A stretch of 55,821 nt of DNA, taken from the IMG/VR virus record IMGVR_UViG_3300027704_001989; one strand, written 5' to 3'. Position numbers and translations under genes: made by a program. How positions within the stretch are numbered: position 1 is the first letter of the stretch; every line of letters starts with the position of its first letter. Below the pieces are notes generated by a model that saw only the letters and a list, made by a program, of their open reading frames with translations, was not told where the DNA came from and did no database searches. This DNA comes from an uncultured virus (IMG/VR IMGVR_UViG_3300027704_001989) (lineage: Duplodnaviria; Heunggongvirae; Uroviricota; Caudoviricetes). Positions 18,877-28,253 of this stretch are shown here, piece after piece.

Positions 18877-20010
18877 CTAAAAGGCTTTTAGTATGATAGT
18901 CGTGTCATTTAAACGACCATTCATCTTAGTGTCCGTGGTCGTAAGCTCCTTAAATGCTTTACTAAACTTAGTCTTGGCATTTCCTGTCCAATTTTTAACT
19001 TGTTCGGCTGGCTTACGCAATGTTTTCTGTACACTCTTAGTAGGATGGAAGTCCTGCAGTGTTGTACCTTTAACAAGTATGCCAGACTTTAAGTCATCTA
19101 CTACATACACACCAACTTTACGAGTCTTTGTGTTGTATACCCAAATTTCAGTTGCATCGATTACTTCTGCAGGATTAATACTTGCTATACCTAATACACT
19201 GTCATTGATTTGAAACTTTAGTTTACTTACTTGTTTTTCTTTGCTTACTTGCTTAGGCTTTCTAGTTTTCCTAGTTGCCTTGCCTGTTAAGATCATTGTG
19301 TCGCATGCGGCAATTATCTTTTCATAAATTTCTACAAATTGTTTACGAGCCTTAAGATTCATAAAGTCATATGCTTCTTTGATGTCGTCGTCTTTCCATT
19401 CCAACACTTCTAGTGCTTCGGCATACGGTACTGCAAACCCATCTTTAATAATTTTTGCATGATTAGGTTTAATAACTCCACCTGCATACGCTCTCATCTC
19501 ATTGTATGGGTCAAACTTCTTAAGATCAAACGTACCCATTTGTAATTCGTCTATGTTTCCTTCCCAATTGCCCAGTAAGCCTTCAACTTGTTCATGCATT
19601 CGTTGCTGGATACTAACTCTAGGCTTATCAACCGCCTTTGCTTCTTTCTCTTCTATAATTTCTTCTGCTTTATCAATCAATTGTGGGATCTTACCTAGTA
19701 AGTGTTCCTTAACGTCAGGGTGCATAAAGCCATTTGTTTTGTGCCATATAAATGTGTACTTAGAAAATGAATGGAACCAAACATCTGGCACCTTCTTTAG
19801 CATCTTAATAAGATCAGGGTCTAACCCACTGTCTTGTTCAAGCCAAGGAACAATAGTACTAGAACACTTCTTATCTGCTACTTCGTAATGTACAAAGTAT
19901 TCAAAGTTACGAAGTAGCTTCTGCCTATCTTGTTCTGTTTTCTGAGTATGTATAGATGCCCATTTTGGTTCGGGCATTAAATATACTTCTTTTGTTTTTC
20001 TTCTTGCCAT
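18877..20010 (-). CDS. Conserved-type hypothetical phage protein (early)
   Basis: 377 aa basic protein with VYNTKTRK, VKGTTL, KTLRKP, NGRLN motifs typical of T4-like phages. Confidence 0.85.
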   Translation of the reverse strand: MARRKTKEVYLMPEPKWASIHTQKTEQDRQKLLRNFEYFVHYEVADKKCSSTIVPWLEQDSGLDPDLIKMLKKVPDVWFHSFSKYTFIWHKTNGFMHPDVKEHLLGKIPQLIDKAEEIIEEKEAKAVDKPRVSIQQRMHEQVEGLLGNWEGNIDELQMGTFDLKKFDPYNEMRAYAGGVIKPNHAKIIKDGFAVPYAEALEVLEWKDDDIKEAYDFMNLKARKQFVEIYEKIIAACDTMILTGKATRKTRKPKQVSKEKQVSKLKFQINDSVLGIASINPAEVIDATEIWVYNTKTRKVGVYVVDDLKSGILVKGTTLQDFHPTKSVQKTLRKPAEQVKNWTGNAKTKFSKAFKELTTTDTKMNGRLNDTTIILKAF

Positions 20011-20237
20011 TAGTCGCTCTCAATTTCATACGGATTATTATATACTTCCTTAACCAATGCAGGCCACTGATTAAACCCTTCTATGCTATTTTTATCCTTT
20101 AACGCATTTTTATCCTTAAGAAATTGAACAATACTTATAATACCAGCAAACCGTGCATTGGTTTCCCCAGCTCTAAATGAAAAGTAACTGTTGAGTACTA
20201 CAAATACTCCAAAAATTATATATTCGCCTAATCCCAT
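20010..20237 (-). CDS. Small membrane protein
   Basis: 75 aa with N-terminal TM; RBS GGAG; downstream of a sigma70 promoter. Confidence 0.8.
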   Translation of the reverse strand: MGLGEYIIFGVFVVLNSYFSFRAGETNARFAGIISIVQFLKDKNALKDKNSIEGFNQWPALVKEVYNNPYEIESD

Positions 20238-20264
20238 ACCATACTCTCCACTTGTAAAAATGCT

Positions 20265-20293
20265 ATTTTAACATTATATATCATCGATGTCAA
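20265..20293 (-). promoter_or_regulatory. Sigma70-type early promoter
   Basis: TTGACA-17 nt-TAAAAT. Confidence 0.82.
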
Positions 20294-20382
20294 GAACTAC
20301 TTATGAAATGACTCAAAAAAGCGGGTGTTTAACGAATTCAAGTAATAATCCAGTAGCGTTTTAGATCTTGATAAATAGTGTT

Positions 20383-21444
20383 ATGCCAAAGTTATCGTTA
20401 TGGAATCCAACAAAAACAAACGACTTCAATTTTATAGATAGAGTCGTTGGTGAGCACCTGCATGCAGGCGGAACCGGTGTGCATTTGCACAAATACTTAG
20501 GAACGCAGGCACAGGCTAATACAAATGATCCTACAAGACCAGCAACTGACGGCAACAACACAGAAGTGTTTATACAAGATTTGCTGTTTTTAGAGAACAG
20601 GGATCGGCGATACGACAAAAACATTTATGAATTGCGTGGACAATACAACATTGGCGACAATGATGGGTTTGATCTCACACAGTTTGGTATGTTCTTAGCA
20701 AACGATACACTGTTTATGAACTTCCATATCGAAAGTATGGTAGAAGCATTAGGCAGAAAGTTAATGGCTGGTGACGTTTTAGAGTTGCCACATTTACGAG
20801 ACGATTTATTACTAGGCAGTGACGAAGCAATAAACAGATTTTATGTTGTTACTGATGCTAGTAGACCTGCAGAAGGATTTGACCCACGTTGGTGGCCACA
20901 TTTGTGGAGAGTTAAATTAGGTCCTATAACAGATTCACAAGAGTACAGAGATATTCTTGGTACTGGTGAGGAAGAAGGCGATCTTCGTAACCTCATTAGT
21001 ACATACGCAGACGAGATTGCAATTAGCGAAGCTATTGTAGCAGCATCAGAAAAAGATGTTGCACTTGATCCTAGTTATAGAAAGACTGCACATTTATATG
21101 TTGACAAAGATGCAAAGGGCAAACCATCGATTGACTTTGAAAACGAAGATGGAGCACCGCCTAATGGTGCAAGTGTTGTAGGCAGTGGAACATCATTCCC
21201 AACTACAGGCATTAACGAAGGCGATTACTTTTTGCGTACAGACTTTGTACCTAATAGACTATTCCAGAAAGAAGGAACACGTTTCAAGTTTATAAGATCT
21301 AACACTAAAGGTGCATGGTCAGCAGCAAACAAAATACTCACAGGGTTTATTAACAACGATAACCTTGCAGTAAATACAGACGGCAAGATCACGGGCGAGA
21401 AAGTCAATCTCAGCCGGGTAGTTAAGCCAAAGACAGATAACTAA
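20383..21444 (+). CDS. gp14: Neck protein gp14-like
   Basis: LTQFGMFL, AGDVLELPH motifs. Start moved to ATG 20383, 5 nt after GATAAATA (20370-20377). Confidence 0.7.
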   Translation: MPKLSLWNPTKTNDFNFIDRVVGEHLHAGGTGVHLHKYLGTQAQANTNDPTRPATDGNNTEVFIQDLLFLENRDRRYDKNIYELRGQYNIGDNDGFDLTQFGMFLANDTLFMNFHIESMVEALGRKLMAGDVLELPHLRDDLLLGSDEAINRFYVVTDASRPAEGFDPRWWPHLWRVKLGPITDSQEYRDILGTGEEEGDLRNLISTYADEIAISEAIVAASEKDVALDPSYRKTAHLYVDKDAKGKPSIDFENEDGAPPNGASVVGSGTSFPTTGINEGDYFLRTDFVPNRLFQKEGTRFKFIRSNTKGAWSAANKILTGFINNDNLAVNTDGKITGEKVNLSRVVKPKTDN

Positions 21445-21473
21445 TGTTTAGCATTTTTAATAAAGGAAATAAA

Positions 21474-21917
21474 ATGAATAGAGAATCAGTATTTGAACAA
21501 CTGAAAATAGATGAAGGAGTTGTTTATGAAATTTATAAAGACCATTTGGGCTACCCAACTTTCGGAGTTGGACACTTGGTCCTCGAATCAGATCCAGAGT
21601 TTGGACAAGACGTTGGGACACCAGTCACAGAAGAACGAACAAAGCAGTGTTTCGAAAAAGACCTTGACACCAGCATCTCAGAATGCGTTGCATTATATGG
21701 AGATGGTTTCACAGATTGGCCTGGAGTCGTACAAGAAGTCCTAGTGAACATGATGTTCAACATGGGTCGAACACGTTTAGGTAAGTTTAATAACTTCCGC
21801 AAGGCACTAGAAGCTCAGGATTGGAAACAAGCAGGAATCGAAGGCAGAGATAGCCGTTGGCACAAACAGGTTACTAACCGTGCTGAAAGATTAATGGAAA
21901 GACTAGAACAAGTCTAA
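21474..21917 (+). CDS. T4-type lysozyme (GH24)
   Basis: Catalytic triad E-x8-D-x5-T (DEGVVYEIYKDHLGYPT), NMMFNMG, DSRWHKQVTNRA; RBS AAGGA before ATG 21474. Confidence 0.93.
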   Translation: MNRESVFEQLKIDEGVVYEIYKDHLGYPTFGVGHLVLESDPEFGQDVGTPVTEERTKQCFEKDLDTSISECVALYGDGFTDWPGVVQEVLVNMMFNMGRTRLGKFNNFRKALEAQDWKQAGIEGRDSRWHKQVTNRAERLMERLEQV

Positions 21918-21923
21918 GGTATT

Positions 21924-22367
21924 ATGGCAGAAATGAGAGAATTAAACGAACAACGAGTTTGTGAATTATTAAATGATATCATAGAGCTAGAGATGGCCGG
22001 TGTTGTTAGATATGCACATAGCTCATTAATGATTACTGGTCCTTACAGATTACCTATTGTAGCGTTTTTACAAGAACAAGCAACTGAAAGTTTAGCACAT
22101 GCACTACAAGCAGGCGAGTTTATTACAGGATTTGAAGGACACCCAAGTCAGCAAATTTCTAAGATAGAAGAAAACCACGACCATAGTGTATTACAAATTT
22201 TAAAAGAAAGCCTACAACACGAAACAAATGCTGTAGACAAGTACAAAGAACTATTAGAAGAAGTTGCTGATGCAAGTATTATGTTAGAAGAATATGCTAG
22301 AGGACAAATTGGCATGGAAGAACAACATGCATTAGAGATTAAAAAGATGCTCAAGGACTTTGGGTAA
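21924..22367 (+). CDS. Ferritin-like / bacterioferritin-family protein
   Basis: Four-helix pattern LNDIIELEMAGVVRY, ESLAH, HETNAVDKY, EEQH. Confidence 0.85.
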   Translation: MAEMRELNEQRVCELLNDIIELEMAGVVRYAHSSLMITGPYRLPIVAFLQEQATESLAHALQAGEFITGFEGHPSQQISKIEENHDHSVLQILKESLQHETNAVDKYKELLEEVADASIMLEEYARGQIGMEEQHALEIKKMLKDFG

Positions 22368-22382
22368 CAAAGGTAATATATA

Positions 22383-23732
22383 ATGGCAAAGAAAAACTTA
22401 GATTACTGGTATGATGGGCAAGTTAAAAGATACTTGCAACAACTTATCAGGATATTTTCTAACTTTCAAGTAGCAGAAAATACATCTAACGGTGTAAACT
22501 ATAACACTGTACCTTGCCGTTATGCTGACCAAAGCAGAATGGTTGCACAAATACTGCGTAATAATTCAGAGAACGTTATTGCAAGTGCTCCTTTTATTGC
22601 ATGTAGCATACAAAGTTTACAAGTTGCTAGAGATAGAATACATGAACCAAATTTTGTTAGTACTCAGCAGGTAGCAGAAAGAGAATTTAACACAGATACA
22701 GGCCAATACGAAACAGGGCAAGGTAACTTGTATACTGTACAGCGTTATATGCCTGTGCCGTATAACTTAACATTGCAAGTAGATGTATGGACTACAAACA
22801 CTGATACTAAGTTACAAATATTAGAACAGTTAATGATATTGTTTAATCCTAATATACAATTACAGTCAAATGATAATCCGTTAGACTGGAGTAATGTATT
22901 TGAAGTTGAGTTAACTGACGTACAATGGAGTAGCAGAAGTATACCGCAAGGGGTAGATGAATCTTTAGACATTGCAACAATGAGTTTTGCAGTACCTATC
23001 TGGATTAGTCCGCCTGCTAAAGTTAAAAAGCAAACAATTATACAACGCATTGTCACAGACATGCACGAAACCAACAACCTCGAAGATCTAGGATTTAGTA
23101 CAGACTTAGCAGACTTTTTCTCAACTGTACCAGAAGTTGCTGAAATTGTTACTACGCCCGGTGACTATAAATTACAGATTGACGGTGCTAGTGCTGTGTT
23201 ATTAGATAAACAATACAACGGCATTAAGTGGGCAGACTTAATTGAAATGCAAGGTAAGTTAACAACTACAAGTAAACTTAAATTAAATCTTACCAATGAC
23301 AGCGACAACGACTTAGATGCTGTTATAGGAAGTGTTTCCGTTAATACACTAGATGACACAAAACTAGTATTCAATATTGATCCGGAGACGTTGCCAGCTG
23401 ACACATTAACTAACGTAGATAAAATATTAGACCCGCGAGCAACTTACCCGGGGGATGGGGCATTAGCTGCCGCAGCAGATGGTCAGCGATACTTAATCAC
23501 AGAAACAATTACTAAGGCAGGATACACTAATTGGGATATCGAAGCAAAAGAAAATGACATCATACAGTACAACGGAACCAAATGGACTGTAGTATTTGAT
23601 GCAATTGCTACTACTGATTTACAGTATCTTACAAACACATACACAACTAAGCAATACAAATGGTACAACGAATCGTGGGTTAGCAGTCACGAAGGTGTTT
23701 ACAACACAGGGTTTTGGCGTTTGTTGCTTTAA
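22383..23732 (+). CDS. gp15: Tail sheath stabilizer/terminator gp15-like, with C-terminal extension
   Basis: YWYDGQVKRY, VPCRY, PVPYNL, LQILEQL..FNP. Confidence 0.85.
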   Translation: MAKKNLDYWYDGQVKRYLQQLIRIFSNFQVAENTSNGVNYNTVPCRYADQSRMVAQILRNNSENVIASAPFIACSIQSLQVARDRIHEPNFVSTQQVAEREFNTDTGQYETGQGNLYTVQRYMPVPYNLTLQVDVWTTNTDTKLQILEQLMILFNPNIQLQSNDNPLDWSNVFEVELTDVQWSSRSIPQGVDESLDIATMSFAVPIWISPPAKVKKQTIIQRIVTDMHETNNLEDLGFSTDLADFFSTVPEVAEIVTTPGDYKLQIDGASAVLLDKQYNGIKWADLIEMQGKLTTTSKLKLNLTNDSDNDLDAVIGSVSVNTLDDTKLVFNIDPETLPADTLTNVDKILDPRATYPGDGALAAAADGQRYLITETITKAGYTNWDIEAKENDIIQYNGTKWTVVFDAIATTDLQYLTNTYTTKQYKWYNESWVSSHEGVYNTGFWRLLL

Positions 23733-23743
23733 GAGGAAAGCAA

Positions 23744-24166
23744 ATGACTACAGCAGCAGGAGTTTTATTTCTTGCTAAAGACACAGGTAGATGTCTTTTT
23801 CAATTAAGAAAAGCTGAAAAAAGATTTAAGAACACATGGGGCTTCTGGGGAGGCACTATGCATAAATCGGAAACACCATTCGAATGCATTCAGCGTGAAC
23901 TCAACGAAGAAATTGGATTTGTACCACAACTTCAAAAACTTAATCCTATAGATATATTCCAAAGCAAAGACAAAAAGTTTTTTTACTACAGTTTTATATA
24001 TGTAGTAGACACAGAATTCTCACCTATATTAAATAACGAAAGTGCAGGTTACTGCTGGGTTGATATTGATTGGTGGCCTACTCCGTTGCACACTGGCGCA
24101 AAAGTTACGCTAATAGGAAACAAAGGTGCCGAAAAGATTCACACAATTCTAGAAGTAAATTCCTGA
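23744..24166 (+). CDS. NUDIX hydrolase
   Basis: Nudix box GGTMHKSETPFECIQRELNEEIG; RBS GAGGA before ATG 23744. Confidence 0.9.
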   Translation: MTTAAGVLFLAKDTGRCLFQLRKAEKRFKNTWGFWGGTMHKSETPFECIQRELNEEIGFVPQLQKLNPIDIFQSKDKKFFYYSFIYVVDTEFSPILNNESAGYCWVDIDWWPTPLHTGAKVTLIGNKGAEKIHTILEVNS

Positions 24167-24178
24167 TAAATATATGTT

Positions 24179-24805
24179 ATGAAAGGCGAAGTAATAGACT
24201 TCGAGGTTCTACGAATACAGAGCGAACTTGATAATTATAGTCGTACAGAAACATTGCCACACCTACTGTTGAACGGGTCATATAAGTTAGATGAAATATT
24301 TAATGACTATTACGACAAACTCACACCGAAACACAAACTAATTGCAGATCATTTAAAGAGTAACTATGCTACTACTTTAACCAACTGTATAACAAGTTTG
24401 CGTATTGCGTTGAAAAAAGAGTATGTGGCTGTGATGTCTGATTTGTCTTCGGAACACGAAGCGTTTATATTTGAACATGTTAAGAACAAATATAGACCTG
24501 GAATGAATCCGTTAAGAGCATTGTATTACGAGATACGAGAAGTAAAAAGAACTTTTAGTAGTGAAAACGACTACCACGTCTGGTTGACTGAATTAATCAC
24601 AGACAAAGGCTTTAGAAATATTGTCGAAGATGCATTAACAAAAGACATAAAGAGATTAGAAAAAATTATTGCTAGATACTATTTGCCAATAGTTAACAAC
24701 TCTAAAGATATACCGCTAGAGCTATTTCATGCTAAACAGACTATTAGTGACTTCCGTCATTATGCTGGCGTGTTTATAGATATAGACGCTTCGATGTTTG
24801 AGTAA
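24179..24805 (+). CDS. Hypothetical protein
   Basis: 208 aa ORF; GATAAATA at 24165-24172, 6 nt before ATG. Confidence 0.8.
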   Translation: MKGEVIDFEVLRIQSELDNYSRTETLPHLLLNGSYKLDEIFNDYYDKLTPKHKLIADHLKSNYATTLTNCITSLRIALKKEYVAVMSDLSSEHEAFIFEHVKNKYRPGMNPLRALYYEIREVKRTFSSENDYHVWLTELITDKGFRNIVEDALTKDIKRLEKIIARYYLPIVNNSKDIPLELFHAKQTISDFRHYAGVFIDIDASMFE

Positions 24806-26863
24806 CTACTTGCCTGTGGCAATCATAATGCCGTTCCAATCAACTGGCAAGTCTTGTGTCTTTTGAAACTCGCAACGTTCAATCCACATGTCGTAATAGC
24901 CACACATCTTTCCATCAAAGGTTTTAGATAGTTGATTACATAATTTGATTGCTTTATCAAAGTCTTGGTTACGATAATGTTTATGCATCTGTGCGTGTAG
25001 TTGCTTGCCTTTAACATACTTAGTTCGCTTAATATCCAGTACAGTGTATATTTCTATGCCAACACTTTTACCTTTTACTTGCAAGTCATCTACTTTTAGA
25101 TAAAAGAAATCGTCCTTAGTATGCTTGTATGTGTCCCCACCTACAAGTAATAAGCACCCATACTCTTTGCACTTGCTTTCTATTCTTGCCGCGGTACTAA
25201 CTGCGTCTCCAAGTATGTCATAACTGTGTCTTGCAGTGGAGCCCATTTCCCCAATATAACCGAGCCCAGTATTAATACCAGCACCCATACCAATGGGTGG
25301 TCTGCCCTCTTTAACAATTTTATCATTGAACTGGTCTACTGCCCTGAGCATTTGTATGCCTGTTTGCACTGCACTCTTAGGATGATCCGGATCGTCCATA
25401 GGAGCATTGTGTATGTGCATACTTGCATCGCCAATATATTTAATCACCATACCGTCTGCATCAAGTATAGGTTGCGTAATAGCATCCATATACTCGTTCA
25501 TCATTTTTGTTAAGCCTTGCACATCGTCGCCAAAGCTCTCACCTAGTGGAGTAAAGCCACGCAAATCTGAGAAGCATATACTAACTTCTTTCTTCATGCC
25601 TTGTTTGATTAAGTCTGGATTTTCTTGCAACATTCTAACAACTGTAGGTGAAGCGTAACCGGCAAATTGTTTTTGTATTTCTTGTCGTAATTTAAACTGT
25701 ACCCAAAAGTTATTAAAACTTGCCTGTGTAAATATTAAGAATGTTGCTATTGCAGGATATGTAGCATCAAATAAAACTAAGTTTGCAGTATAAGAATGTA
25801 TACTGTAATATACCATTCCGCCTATAATACTTACTGTAGTAACTAATCCTGCCCATATAGGCAATCTATAGATCGACAAAGCCACTAGTAGCATGCCTAA
25901 TAACGCACACAGAAGCTCTGTAAGCAACGCTAGTTCAGATCTGGTAATGTTACTCCCGTCTATAAAGTTTTGTAGCATAGACGCTTGTATAAGCTGTGGT
26001 AATACGTTGCCTCTGGGTGTGGGTACCGGATTAGCAACGCCTTCTGCACTAACACCCACAATTACGAACTTTCCACCTAAGTCAGGTAGTTCACTCGCTG
26101 TAATGTATTCGTATTCTTCAAACGTGTTATTAAAACGTATATATGCTGTGCCAGCGGGTGTCGTTATTATTGGATCAAACGGCGGTACAGCAAATTCTTG
26201 TATTCCTATTTCGCTAGTCTTTAAATAGTAGCTAGGCTTACCTGTGTGAGCTCTTAACATCTCAATAGCAAAACTAGGATATATCTTTCCCTCTACTCCG
26301 ATTGCTAGAGGGTAAGTTCTTGTTTGATTATCTGGTTGCGGAGCACTTGCTACTACACCTATGCCTGCCGCTGACTTCTCTAGTACTTCAATATTCGTTA
26401 CGAGATTCGGCCATGTCAGCAAGTAGTCCGTAGCGGATACTGGGCCTATCGTTGCTGTACCAATGTGAGGACCTGTACTCTTTATTCCTCTGGAAGATGG
26501 GGTCTGGGACAAAACCACTCCGTTGTCCGACATCCAACTTGACAAAACTGCGTCCCCGCCAAATCGGTCCGTTTCTGGAAACATAATTGTTAAACCAATT
26601 ATTCCAGCGTTCTTGCTCCTCAAATCCGATACTAGTTGTGCTATGTTCTGTCTTGGCCATGGCCATTGTCCCCACTGTTGTAAACTTTGTTCACCAATGT
26701 TTAACACAACAACTTCGTTGCTTTGCTTAACTTCGTCTAATTGTTGCAGTGCATCGAATGTTTGACTGCGTAAACTTTGTATTGGTGTAGGATCAGCAAT
26801 CTTTAATGCCGCTAGTAGAATAATACTTATTGCTACGGCATAACCGCTTAGTAACCATTTCAT
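24806..26863 (-). CDS. CHASE2-domain class III adenylate/guanylate cyclase
   Basis: N-terminal TM, CHASE2 signature GQWPWPR, three TMs, cyclase motifs FSDLRGFT, KYIGDA, GINTG, YDILGDAVSTAARIE, VKGK. Confidence 0.95.
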   Translation of the reverse strand: MKWLLSGYAVAISIILLAALKIADPTPIQSLRSQTFDALQQLDEVKQSNEVVVLNIGEQSLQQWGQWPWPRQNIAQLVSDLRSKNAGIIGLTIMFPETDRFGGDAVLSSWMSDNGVVLSQTPSSRGIKSTGPHIGTATIGPVSATDYLLTWPNLVTNIEVLEKSAAGIGVVASAPQPDNQTRTYPLAIGVEGKIYPSFAIEMLRAHTGKPSYYLKTSEIGIQEFAVPPFDPIITTPAGTAYIRFNNTFEEYEYITASELPDLGGKFVIVGVSAEGVANPVPTPRGNVLPQLIQASMLQNFIDGSNITRSELALLTELLCALLGMLLVALSIYRLPIWAGLVTTVSIIGGMVYYSIHSYTANLVLFDATYPAIATFLIFTQASFNNFWVQFKLRQEIQKQFAGYASPTVVRMLQENPDLIKQGMKKEVSICFSDLRGFTPLGESFGDDVQGLTKMMNEYMDAITQPILDADGMVIKYIGDASMHIHNAPMDDPDHPKSAVQTGIQMLRAVDQFNDKIVKEGRPPIGMGAGINTGLGYIGEMGSTARHSYDILGDAVSTAARIESKCKEYGCLLLVGGDTYKHTKDDFFYLKVDDLQVKGKSVGIEIYTVLDIKRTKYVKGKQLHAQMHKHYRNQDFDKAIKLCNQLSKTFDGKMCGYYDMWIERCEFQKTQDLPVDWNGIMIATGK

Positions 26864-26868
26864 AATAG

Positions 26869-26876
26869 TATTTATC
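26869..26876 (-). promoter_or_regulatory. Late-type promoter GATAAATA (leaderless) of the cyclase
   Basis: GATAAATA-CTATT-ATG, just after a terminator. Confidence 0.8.
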
Positions 26877-26878
26877 GT

Positions 26879-26907
26879 AAAAAAAAGGGCAGTTGCCTGC
26901 CCCTTTT
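26879..26907 (-). terminator. Intrinsic terminator
   Basis: GGGCAG-GCAA-CUGCCC plus U tract. Confidence 0.9.
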
Positions 26908-26909
26908 CG

Positions 26910-27032
26910 TTATTCGCACTCCAAAGGATTTTGTGAACAATATGACCTAATTTGCTTTATTAGCATTTTAATGTCAGTATCATTACTTGCCTTATTCTCT
27001 TTGCGATCAGAGAATAGGCCTAGTCCTTTTTT
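26910..27032 (-). other. Predicted -1 programmed frameshift signal and trans-frame extension of the lipoprotein
   Basis: A_AAA_AAG (27032-27026), 6-nt spacer, hairpin GCC-UAUUCUCU/AGAGAAUA-A-GGC; -1 frame open to TAA 26910. Confidence 0.75.
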
Positions 27033-27301
27033 TCTGGAGTGTCTTGCAATTCGTCGGTTTGTTTGTCTACTTCATTAGCAACAGTTTCTACTGTATTAGA
27101 GGCAATAGTTGCCGCAGTAGTCGCAATGCTTGATGCGTCCTGTAATACGGCAACACTAACTGTGCTAACTGCATTAACTGATCCATCTATTACGCCTGTT
27201 GTAAAAGCCTTTCCACCCTCGATAACTGCTCCAACTGAGGCACACGATGGTAAAAATATAACAAACCCAGAAACTACAAGAGCTTTGAATAATCTATTCA
27301 T
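27020..27301 (-). CDS. Lipoprotein (93 aa short form)
   Basis: Signal peptide ending in a lipobox-like LPSC; RBS AGGAG; GATAAATA at 27349-27356. Confidence 0.8.
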   Translation of the reverse strand: MNRLFKALVVSGFVIFLPSCASVGAVIEGGKAFTTGVIDGSVNAVSTVSVAVLQDASSIATTAATIASNTVETVANEVDKQTDELQDTPEKKD

Positions 27302-27371
27302 ACTCTTCTCCTAGGTTATGTAATAAGCAAACTGCTATATTACGCTATTATTTATCGGAAAATTAGATACG

Positions 27372-27713
27372 TTACCGGTTAAATGGGTGGCCGCCTGCTA
27401 AACTGTGTTGATCGTGTTCAAACAATTGATAGGCTAAAAGTTGTTTGGTTTGGTCGCTATCGGAGGTGTATATTAAATTTAATATGTCGTTTCTGTGTGC
27501 TTCTTCGATTGTGTGAATTAAATCACACCATGCCCAAAATACTACAAAAATAAGCGGTATAAAAACAAGTTTCAGTAAAACTACAGGAAAGAAGTATGCG
27601 AATATTAAAAAGTGTGGCGGTATCAATAATAATTGTACAGATCTCTTATACTGAGAAAGTGCAGTATTGAGCTTATCCTGTGTTACTATCGTCAAGTTTT
27701 TGTTCGTTTGCAT
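27372..27713 (-). CDS. Membrane protein
   Basis: 113 aa with a long hydrophobic stretch. Confidence 0.7.
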   Translation of the reverse strand: MQTNKNLTIVTQDKLNTALSQYKRSVQLLLIPPHFLIFAYFFPVVLLKLVFIPLIFVVFWAWCDLIHTIEEAHRNDILNLIYTSDSDQTKQLLAYQLFEHDQHSLAGGHPFNR

Positions 27714-27873
27714 TGTGCAATTCTTCTAGAATACTGTTTTTGAAGTCTGCGCCATGCCAGTAACTATCTAGGCCGATATCTACCATGAGTGCTACTAATA
27801 CTAATGTTAGTATGAAGCTAAGGTATATGTTTATACCTGCGGATATTTTTAACCACTTGATCATATGTTTCAT
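27673..27873 (-). CDS. Small membrane protein
   Basis: Single TM; ATG 27873 lies 7 nt after TATAAT (probably leaderless). Confidence 0.7.
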   Translation of the reverse strand: MKHMIKWLKISAGINIYLSFILTLVLVALMVDIGLDSYWHGADFKNSILEELHNANEQKLDDSNTG

Positions 27874-27880
27874 ACTAAAC

Positions 27881-27909
27881 ATTATAGTACGAAAATCGTA
27901 CTACGTCAA
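27881..27909 (-). promoter_or_regulatory. Sigma70-type promoter with palindromic spacer
   Basis: TTGACG-17 nt-TATAAT; inverted repeat TAGTACGA-AAA-TCGTACTA at 27885-27903. Confidence 0.8.
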
Positions 27910-28037
27910 CCTAAACCTAAGTATATAACTGTACTCATAAATGTTAAAATAAAAACTAAACCAACCCATGTTGATTTCTCTCTAAAGTCTTGCCCAGGTT
28001 GCCCGGGTTTTACTTTGCTCCAATCTCTGCCTTCCAT
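27906..28037 (-). CDS. Small single-TM protein (43 aa)
   Basis: MEGRDWSKVKPGQPGQDFREKSTWVGLVFILTFMSTVIYLGLG; fills the intergenic gap. Confidence 0.65.
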   Translation of the reverse strand: MEGRDWSKVKPGQPGQDFREKSTWVGLVFILTFMSTVIYLGLG

Positions 28038-28060
28038 ATATTCTCAGTCCTGTGTTATAG

Positions 28061-28249
28061 TTATACCGTAACTGCCGCTATTCTCGCCAGTACCGCATGC
28101 TTTTCCTGATCTGTGGCTGTGTACCAGTCACGCATCTCTTCAGCAGTTCTGTAACAGCCGATGCAGTACTCGCCCTTCTTATCAAACGTACATAGTTTAA
28201 TGCAGGGTGACTTAACTAAACTAGGAGCTCTAGGCTTGCCGCGTCTCAA
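28061..28249 (-). CDS. DUF1289-like Cys-rich small protein
   Basis: SPCIKLC..CIGCYRT..E...W pattern; start uncertain (TTG 28249). Confidence 0.8.
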   Translation of the reverse strand: MRRGKPRAPSLVKSPCIKLCTFDKKGEYCIGCYRTAEEMRDWYTATDQEKHAVLARIAAVTV

Positions 28250-28253
28250 CCTA

